11,615 nt of DNA from Candidatus Heimdallarchaeota archaeon. Lineage in GTDB: Archaea; Asgardarchaeota; Heimdallarchaeia; Heimdallarchaeales; Heimdallarchaeaceae. The stretch's first letter is position 1. Each line of letters begins with the position of its first letter. Position numbers and translations under genes: made by a program. The notes under the pieces are model-generated. The model searched no databases, was not told the origin of the DNA, and saw nothing but the letters and a program-made list of their open reading frames with translations. The stretch is from the NCBI GenBank assembly GCA_030668875.1, contig DAOVER010000073.1, positions 1-11,615 of the forward strand, given 5' to 3'. Shown here piece after piece: positions 5,768-11,615 of the stretch.

Positions 5768-7186
5768 ATGTCACAGTCAGATTTTATTCTTGATTTACTT
5801 CACAAATCAGTAGATCAAGGAGAGAAACTTGGTGTAGACTTCATTGAAGCAAGATATGATGATCTACAATTAACAACTATTGCTTTAATAAATGATATAG
5901 TAAAGCAATCTTCTGCATTCCAAAGGAAAGGAATAGGAGTTATGGCATACTTCAACGGTACTCCTGGCTATTCTTACACTCCTGAATTGAATTTGGAAGG
6001 CGTGAAAAATGCAACGAAAAGAGCTATCAAACTAGCTAAATCAACTGACGAAAGAAATGTCATGAAACTCGATTTTGAATCTATACCTGCTGTTAAAGAA
6101 AAAATTGTGTTAGATGTGAAAAAACATCCTAAAAATTTTGAGTTCTCAGAGAAACTAGACATGCTAAAACGTGGTGTAAGCTCTATGAAAGAGGTGCTAG
6201 AACCTACAAGTACAACTGGAATGTATGGGGAGATGTATGGAGAAAAATTTCTAGTTAACTCCGAAGGGACAGAAATATACTGGGCACCTGTGATGGTAGA
6301 TATTAGAATGGGGAGTGTTTTTATAAGTGATGGTCAACAAGCAACATCATTCTCAGGACATGGAGCATCTAAAGGACTAGAGTTCTTTAATGAAAAAGAA
6401 ACAACACCTGAACAAACTGGATCAGATGCGGGAAAATACTGCAAAGAACAGATAGACGCAGTAGCTGCCCCTACAGGAAAACAGACAACATTAGTTTCTC
6501 CTCAAATGGGTGGGGTAGTTGTTCATGAATCATTTGGCCATCTAAGTGAAGCAGACTTTGTAGTAACTGGACAATCTCCTATAGCTGACAGAGTTGGGGA
6601 GCAACTAGGAAGCGAGCATGTTACATTAATCGATGAAGGTGTTACTCCATATGGTGGATTATATCTTCCTTATGACGATCAAGGAGTGAAAACAGGGAGA
6701 ACAGTTCTAGTCGAAAAAGGCATCCTGAAAGGTTACCTACACAATAGAGGTACAGCGCAAAAGATGAATGCTGAACTAACTGGAAATAGCCGAGCCATAA
6801 ATTTCATGTTTAATCCAATCGTAAGGATGAAAAACACTTACTTTGAAAAAGGTGATCTGTCTATGGAAGAAGCTCTTGAGCAAGTAGGAAACGGTGTTTA
6901 TGCAGTAGATATGTCAGGAGGACAAGTCGGTTTAGATGGAAATTTCATGTTCAATTGTAGCAGAGGTTATCTCATTGAAAATGGGCAAATTACCAAACCA
7001 TTGAAAAATCATGCTTTATCCGGAAACATTCTAGAACTTCTCAAATATGTTCAAGGTGCTACGAAGGATATAACTATTCGCACAGGATATTTTGGAGGCT
7101 GTGGGAAAGGTGGTCAAGGTGGTCTAGCTGTAGGATTTGGTGGACCGAATGTTATCATGGATCAAGTTCTTGTTGGAGGTGCTTAA
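5768..7186 (+). CDS. tldD: TldD metalloprotease, catalytic subunit of TldD/PmbA(TldE)
   Basis: HExxxH motif HESFGH, YDDQG motif, PIVRMKNTY, C-terminal GCGKGGQ carrying the third-ligand Cys, GGP..; 472 aa. Confidence 0.95.
   Translation: MSQSDFILDLLHKSVDQGEKLGVDFIEARYDDLQLTTIALINDIVKQSSAFQRKGIGVMAYFNGTPGYSYTPELNLEGVKNATKRAIKLAKSTDERNVMKLDFESIPAVKEKIVLDVKKHPKNFEFSEKLDMLKRGVSSMKEVLEPTSTTGMYGEMYGEKFLVNSEGTEIYWAPVMVDIRMGSVFISDGQQATSFSGHGASKGLEFFNEKETTPEQTGSDAGKYCKEQIDAVAAPTGKQTTLVSPQMGGVVVHESFGHLSEADFVVTGQSPIADRVGEQLGSEHVTLIDEGVTPYGGLYLPYDDQGVKTGRTVLVEKGILKGYLHNRGTAQKMNAELTGNSRAINFMFNPIVRMKNTYFEKGDLSMEEALEQVGNGVYAVDMSGGQVGLDGNFMFNCSRGYLIENGQITKPLKNHALSGNILELLKYVQGATKDITIRTGYFGGCGKGGQGGLAVGFGGPNVIMDQVLVGGA
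7175..7181 (+). promoter_or_regulatory. Shine-Dalgarno for pmbA, embedded in the tldD 3' end
   Basis: GGAGGTG 7 nt before ATG 7189; TAATAATG stop/start coupling. Confidence 0.8.
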
Positions 7187-7188
7187 TA

Positions 7189-8568
7189 ATGTCTTTAGAT
7201 CAAGTTCGTGAAAAGATTTTAGGTATATCTGATCAAACGCTCAAATATGCAAAAGATCTCAATATACCTTCTACTGAAGTTTTTGTTTACAATTTATCAA
7301 GCACTAATCTTACAGATAACAAAGGCAAAGTTGATAGTAGAGATGGTCTCTCTTTAGGTGTTGGAGTAAGGGCAGCAATTGGAAAACAAATTGGTTTTGC
7401 AAGTACTACAGGTTTTGATGAAGAATCACTTAAGTCAACTCTTAGCCTAGCTCACAGTATTGCAAAAACAAGCCCTGAAAACCCCATGTTCCAAGGTTTT
7501 GTTGCAGAAACAAAGACTTCCAAAGAAGGAATATTAGACCTTGAAATCCCTCATCTAGATGCAAAAGACATGATTGAACACTGCAACTTAATGGGGCAAG
7601 GTTTTGATAATAGTGATACCAGACTCATCTCTGTATCCTATGAAGTCAACATCTCCTGGGGTGGTTACGCATTAGGAACATCTGAAGGTTGTTTAGCTTC
7701 TTCTTTGATCACAACCTATGGAGCTAGTAGCTTTGTTGTTGTTACCGAAGCAGGTGATCGCAAAACAGCTGCTGATTTTGTTTTAGGTAGAGAAATAAAA
7801 CCTGTTGAAGGTCTTACTGCAAATGCTATGAAACATGGTCTAGAATCTCTAGGCTCTAAAGCCTTCGGAGGATCTGAGGTTCTTCCAACAGTCTGGAAAT
7901 CGCGTGAAGCCGCTCCTTTTCTAACATTTCCTTTCGTTAGTGTTTTATCTGGTTCTGGGTATGTTGAAAAACGCAATCCGTGGAAAGACAAACTAGGTGA
8001 AAAGGTATGTGTAGATGAATTTACATTAATTGATGAAGGACAAAATCCCGAATACGAAGCTTGTAGATCAATTGATACAGAAGGAACACCAAAACAAACT
8101 ACCACAGCAATCGAAAATGGTGTCCTGAAAACCTTTGTTTTTGACAAAATGCATGGTGAAGCAGCTGAACTGCAATCTACTGGAAATGCAACAAGAGGAA
8201 TGGGTTTTGGTGGTGGAATACCCTTCGAGAGTCTTCCCACTGTTGGACCAAATCAAGTTTTGGTTAAAAACGTAGGGAAAAATCTTGATGAACAGATAGC
8301 AGAAATTGATAAAGGAATCCTAATTACAGGAACACCCATAGGGTTGTTTACAGCTAATCCAGTAACTGGAGACTTTAGTATAACCACCAATGATGCTTTT
8401 CTAATCGAAAAAGGTGAAATAGTTAATCCTCTAAAGTCTATAAGTATCGCAGGAAATAACTATAAAACACTCAAAAACATAGTAACTATTGGATCTGATA
8501 GGGAAGCTTCTGGATGGCCTTTAGATGCTCCTTCAATGACTTTTAAAGGACACACTATTTCAGACTAA
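7189..8568 (+). CDS. pmbA: PmbA/TldE family non-catalytic partner subunit
   Basis: GVGVRAAIGKQIGFAST N-terminal motif, IDTEGTP, STGNATRG, ANPVTGDFS, I.KGEI..P, DAPS; lacks HExxxH; directly downstream of tldD. Confidence 0.92.
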   Translation: MSLDQVREKILGISDQTLKYAKDLNIPSTEVFVYNLSSTNLTDNKGKVDSRDGLSLGVGVRAAIGKQIGFASTTGFDEESLKSTLSLAHSIAKTSPENPMFQGFVAETKTSKEGILDLEIPHLDAKDMIEHCNLMGQGFDNSDTRLISVSYEVNISWGGYALGTSEGCLASSLITTYGASSFVVVTEAGDRKTAADFVLGREIKPVEGLTANAMKHGLESLGSKAFGGSEVLPTVWKSREAAPFLTFPFVSVLSGSGYVEKRNPWKDKLGEKVCVDEFTLIDEGQNPEYEACRSIDTEGTPKQTTTAIENGVLKTFVFDKMHGEAAELQSTGNATRGMGFGGGIPFESLPTVGPNQVLVKNVGKNLDEQIAEIDKGILITGTPIGLFTANPVTGDFSITTNDAFLIEKGEIVNPLKSISIAGNNYKTLKNIVTIGSDREASGWPLDAPSMTFKGHTISD

Positions 8569-8600
8569 TTTTCTCCTTTTTTCTTTCTTTTTTTCTTTTT
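8569..8600 (+). terminator. Oligo-T terminator after pmbA
   Basis: A 32-nt pyrimidine tract, almost all T, right after TAA 8568. Confidence 0.7.
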
Positions 8601-8663
8601 GAAATTCATGAGTAAATATTATATACTTCTAATTTATTATTTAACAAACTTTGAGGTTAACAC

Positions 8664-9470
8664 ATGTCTGTTACAACACAAGTATATGATAAATCAACTA
8701 CTGATATGTTGAAATATAGTGCGTTGATAATTGTCCTCTCTAGAGCAGTAAGCTTTGGTTTGGGCTTCGTAGAATCTGAATATATAGGTCTTGTTGGATC
8801 TGTAATCTATGCAGTAGGACTATTCCTTCTCGGTAGTGCTGTATATACCATTGGTATGTCCTTTCCAATTGCTAGAACTGATGCTAATTCAACAAGAACA
8901 TGGCTGTTTATTTACGGAGGTTCACTCATAGCTTCGTACATTCCAGTTGTAGGATTTGTAGGTGGCTTGATTGCCCTTGTTACAGGAATTGGCTGTTTTT
9001 TGAAATTGAATGGTTTATTTAAGAGGATAACACAATCAGCTCCCCAACAAGGTAAGTTGGATTCATGGGTTTTTCCATTATTTGCTTTTTATGGGTTAAT
9101 TGCAGGTGCTGTTCTAGTCATGGCTGCGATATTCACAGTCTTTACTCTAGGAATAGCTCTAGGATTTTTCATTGTTGTAGCTTATACAGTCACTGGTGGT
9201 TCAATATTACTATCTTTAGGAGTAGCATATGTTTTATATCAAAATTCTAAGAAACTGGAAATGATAAGACAATCTACAGACTTTTCACAGCTTGCTCCAG
9301 CTCTTGCTCCTGGTGTATATACGCCCATTTCTACTCCAGCTACCTATGCCCCTGTTCAACCTATTCAACCAGAACCTATAGTACAAGATATTAAACACTG
9401 TTCAAATTGTGGAAATAAAATATTAGTTTCTGATAAATTCTGTCCAAGTTGTGGTGCATCTCTATCCTAA
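8664..9470 (+). CDS. Polytopic membrane protein with Pro-rich linker and C-terminal zinc ribbon
   Basis: About 6 Gly-rich hydrophobic helices, linker PALAPGVYTPISTPATYAPVQPIQPEP, CSNCG...FCPSCG; GAGGT SD at 8653-8657. Confidence 0.85.
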   Translation: MSVTTQVYDKSTTDMLKYSALIIVLSRAVSFGLGFVESEYIGLVGSVIYAVGLFLLGSAVYTIGMSFPIARTDANSTRTWLFIYGGSLIASYIPVVGFVGGLIALVTGIGCFLKLNGLFKRITQSAPQQGKLDSWVFPLFAFYGLIAGAVLVMAAIFTVFTLGIALGFFIVVAYTVTGGSILLSLGVAYVLYQNSKKLEMIRQSTDFSQLAPALAPGVYTPISTPATYAPVQPIQPEPIVQDIKHCSNCGNKILVSDKFCPSCGASLS

Positions 9471-9503
9471 CTCAACTAAATAGTTAATTTGAACATTATT
9501 TCA

Positions 9504-9540
9504 TTTTATTTTTCCCTTTTTCTTTTCTTTATTTTTTCTT
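9504..9540 (+). terminator. Oligo-T terminator after the zinc-ribbon gene
   Basis: Long T/C tract 33 nt after the stop at 9470. Confidence 0.6.
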
Positions 9541-9626
9541 AACCCAAGAAGTGCATTCTCTTACTAATCTGACACCAGCATATCTCTTTCTGGATTTGAG
9601 ATATGTCCAGTTAACCCTGTTAATTA

Positions 9627-9641
9627 CTTCTCAAGGAAAAA
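9627..9641 (+). repeat. 15-bp intergenic direct repeat, copy 2 (CTTCTCAAGGAAAAA)
   Basis: Exact match to 5081-5095; 45 nt upstream of ATG 9687. Confidence 0.5.
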
Positions 9642-9686
9642 CATAATAACGATAAAACCTTTTGTTTAAGTAATTTAGTGATAGAA

Positions 9687-10112
9687 ATGGGTTCAAAGGT
9701 GAAACCTACATTAGATGGTTCAAAGATAAGAAAACAAGCTTCCGCTATTGATAGAACATTTTTTGTAGGTATAGCACTTTGGTGGACTATCTTTACTCTG
9801 ATACCTGTATTAATATTCGCCTTTCAAGGTGATTGGAACATTGCATTTTCTATAGCGAGTAAAATCGGAATCGTTTTTGTGTGCTTGGCATGCATCCTTC
9901 TAAGTGCAAAAGGAACATTCAAGGTAGTAAGCCGTGGTGGTGTGGTTGCTCCCGTTGACTATGAAGATGAAGATGAAGAAGAAGCAGTTATACTAGAAAC
10001 TAAACAAGTTATTAACTATTGGGAGGTTCTTCTTATGGGGAGAGTATGGATGCTATTATGGGGATTCATATATCTGATACCTTTAGCATTTGGAGTTCCA
10101 TTCATCGTTTAA
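9687..10112 (+). CDS. Hypothetical membrane protein (about 3 TM) with an acidic loop
   Basis: Hydrophobic segments FFVGIALWWTIFTLIPVLIFAF, IGIVFVCLACILLSA, VWMLLWGFIYLIPLAFGVPFIV; DYEDEDEEE loop. Start is ATG 9687 or GTG 9678. Confidence 0.8.
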   Translation: MGSKVKPTLDGSKIRKQASAIDRTFFVGIALWWTIFTLIPVLIFAFQGDWNIAFSIASKIGIVFVCLACILLSAKGTFKVVSRGGVVAPVDYEDEDEEEAVILETKQVINYWEVLLMGRVWMLLWGFIYLIPLAFGVPFIV

Positions 10113-10143
10113 TCTTGTCGAGCTTAATGGTTGAAAAAGTGTG

Positions 10144-10171
10144 AAAAAAAGAAAAAAAGGGGAAAAAAAAA
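10144..10171 (-). terminator. Oligo-T terminator of the minus-strand small-ORF pair
   Basis: A-rich tract on the plus strand (A7-G-A7-G4-A9) beginning a few nt past the TAA at 10177-10175. Confidence 0.65.
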
Positions 10172-10174
10172 TAA

Positions 10175-10402
10175 TTAATATGTACCAAACATAATTGAAC
10201 TTTTTTTAAGAACATCTACGCGGTGTCCTTCAACTTGTTCTTTTAAGCTAACTAAATTAAGAGAACCTTTATTTTCTGCGGAGGAGATAAGACTATTTTG
10301 AATGTCTTGTGTAATCTGTTGGAGATATCTAGATATTGAATCTCCTTCGCAAGTAACTACTTGTTCAACCATCTTTGTTTTTTGAGATATTGTTGCTACC
10401 AT
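10175..10402 (-). CDS. Small hypothetical protein, 75 aa (MVATISQKTK...SSIMFGTY)
   Basis: GAGGTG SD at 10415-10410, 7 nt before ATG 10402 (so the track's 10417 start is probably 5 codons too long); terminator follows the stop. Confidence 0.72.
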   Translation of the reverse strand: MVATISQKTKMVEQVVTCEGDSISRYLQQITQDIQNSLISSAENKGSLNLVSLKEQVEGHRVDVLKKSSIMFGTY

Positions 10403-10424
10403 TTTAATGCACCTCATGAAAAGA

Positions 10425-10529
10425 TTAGAAGAAAACTCCTCTTAGCATTAGATATGTTTGAAGATTCTTAGCTCTTAGATCGTTTTGCTTGGCCTTTTCC
10501 TTTTGATTGAAAGTTTTTTTTGCGTTCAT
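10425..10529 (-). CDS. Unannotated basic 34-aa peptide MNAKKTFNQKEKAKQNDLRAKNLQTYLMLRGVFF
   Basis: Translated by hand: ATG 10529-10527 to TAA 10427-10425. GGTG at 10539-10536 with a 6-nt spacer; GAAATC-TTTAATAA BRE/TATA at 10590-10577; ends 22 nt before the next ATG. Confidence 0.55.
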   Translation of the reverse strand: MNAKKTFNQKEKAKQNDLRAKNLQTYLMLRGVFF

Positions 10530-10540
10530 TTTTTACACCA

Positions 10541-10559
10541 TTCTCATGTTGTATGAGAA
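10541..10559. promoter_or_regulatory. Palindromic candidate operator TTCTCAT-GTTGT-ATGAGAA
   Basis: Perfect 7-5-7 IR at the expected transcription start of the minus-strand small-ORF promoter. Confidence 0.5.
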
Positions 10560-10663
10560 CTTTATTTCATTACTCGTTATTAAAGATTTCGATAAAAGAA
10601 AATCTTACCGGTATCAAGTGAAAATACAATAAACAAACTGTGAAATTCCAACTTTATTGAAAT

Positions 10664-10680
10664 GAAAACATTTTTATAAT
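10664..10680 (+). promoter_or_regulatory. BRE-TATA promoter of the second wHTH gene
   Basis: GAAAACA then TTTATAAT (10673-10680); AGGT at 10713-10716 before ATG 10723. Confidence 0.45.
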
Positions 10681-10722
10681 TTTGTGAAACCTGTACACTA
10701 AGGAATAGAAACAGGTATAATT

Positions 10723-11409
10723 ATGTCAGCTCAAAACTTCATTGATTATGAACCAGAGGCTATAAAAATAGTCCGAGATGAAGAAGTATACAAAGTATTG
10801 TTTGATCCAGTTTATGAACCAATACTAGTGGTTCTGAGGGATGGACCTATGACAATTGATGAAATAGCAATTCGTTATAATGAATATGTTGAGATACAAG
10901 GGCGAGTGAGCAATTTAGATTCTGATGCGATAGAAAAAAGTAAAAAATCTTGTATGACTGTATACCGTTACTTGAAGGATCTTGAAAAAGAAAATATACG
11001 TCTAGTAACTCAAGCCGGAAGGAGGATTGAGAAAGGAAAAACAACCACAAAAGCTCTCTATTCTCGAACTGCAAGACTATTTTATCCAATTCTGAAGTCT
11101 GTAGATTATAGGGATGATGAAACATCAAACAAATTTGTGGACGTACAAGCCTCTCTTTTACAATTATATATGAAGAATACTAAAATTTCAAAACATTTGC
11201 TTAAAAAACTTCTAAAGAAGATGGATACTGATGCAAGTGAAGCTGGGGCTAAAGTTTTCGAAGAAAACAATGAAGCTGTAACAGAATTAATAAAGGATCT
11301 AACCTTTAAGGAGTTCGATAAACATCTTACCCAATTAAGTTTTCTCATAATGCTCTTTGAGTCAGAGAAATACCTTGAAGATTTCAAAAAGTGTTGTGAA
11401 ACTGAATAG
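10723..11409 (+). CDS. Winged HTH (ArsR-like) DNA-binding protein with an insertion inside the HTH and a helical C-terminal domain
   Basis: YKVLFDPVYEPILVVLRDGPMTIDEIA ... SCMTVYRYLKDLEKE..LV, wing ending ALYSRTARLFY. Confidence 0.8.
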   Translation: MSAQNFIDYEPEAIKIVRDEEVYKVLFDPVYEPILVVLRDGPMTIDEIAIRYNEYVEIQGRVSNLDSDAIEKSKKSCMTVYRYLKDLEKENIRLVTQAGRRIEKGKTTTKALYSRTARLFYPILKSVDYRDDETSNKFVDVQASLLQLYMKNTKISKHLLKKLLKKMDTDASEAGAKVFEENNEAVTELIKDLTFKEFDKHLTQLSFLIMLFESEKYLEDFKKCCETE

Positions 11410-11457
11410 ACGTTTGAGAATGAAATTTCTGAAAATCTTTCTAGTAGCCCGTTTAAC

Positions 11458-11481
11458 GAAATTCGACATATAGCGAATTTC
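11458..11481. repeat. 8-8-8 inverted repeat GAAATTCG-ACATATAG-CGAATTTC downstream of the wHTH gene
   Basis: Perfect 8-bp arms, 48 nt after the stop at 11409; no U-tract follows. Confidence 0.5.
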
Positions 11482-11609
11482 ATGATGATACTTGTTTTAT
11501 AATAAATTTTTGTCATGTTGTCATATTAACTACCATTATATCAGTTTAAATGGACAGTCTTGAGTAAATATTACGGGAGTTTTTATAAGAATCTCTAGGT
11601 AAAGAAGAG

Positions 11610-11615
11610 ATGACG
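11610..11615 (+). other. Possible start of the next gene at the window edge
   Basis: ATGACG at 11610, preceded by TTTATAAG at 11582-11589 at leaderless-type spacing; only two codons are visible. Confidence 0.3.

Noticed and set aside
4624-9250. ORFs 4624-4920, 5974-6162, 7716-8240, 8068-8256 (-) and 9065-9250 (+)
   Set aside because: Fully nested in the wHTH, tldD, pmbA or Zn-ribbon genes, with no motifs or initiation signals.
9551-9646. 31-codon GTG-initiated ORF in the intergenic hairpin region
   Set aside because: No SD or promoter at suitable spacing, and it overlaps the IR and the 15-bp motif.
10847-11516. ORFs 10847-11128 and 11106-11516 (-)
   Set aside because: Antisense shadows of the 10723-11409 wHTH gene.
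1-11615. CRISPR array, tRNA, rRNA, transposase, integrase
   Set aside because: No regularly spaced repeats, no cloverleaf or rRNA-like tract, and no ORF with DDE, Y1, tyrosine/serine recombinase or RT motifs.

Overview
AT-rich archaeal window (about one-third G+C by eye) with TATA/BRE promoters, GGAGGTG/GAGGTG Shine-Dalgarno sites and oligo-T terminators. The protein families suggest an Asgard/Heimdallarchaeia-like genome, which is inference only. Left to right: a GC-rich (89/180 = 49%), hairpin-dense non-coding segment at 1-~178 that cuts into the 3' end of a secreted parallel beta-helix gene; a 74-aa orphan; a second, intact membrane-anchored beta-helix protein; an ABC-2 exporter operon divergent from a winged-HTH regulator, with a nested double-palindrome operator between them; a class I SAM methyltransferase; a tldD-pmbA(tldE) pair; two uncharacterised membrane proteins, one with a C-terminal Zn ribbon; a minus-strand pair of small ORFs (34 aa, absent from the ORF track, and 75 aa) divergent from a second, atypical winged-HTH gene. 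No rRNA, tRNA, CRISPR array, transposase or reverse transcriptase is visible. The most unusual signal is the structured insertion at the left edge, which has some group II intron domain I-like features but a non-canonical 5' end and runs out of the window.
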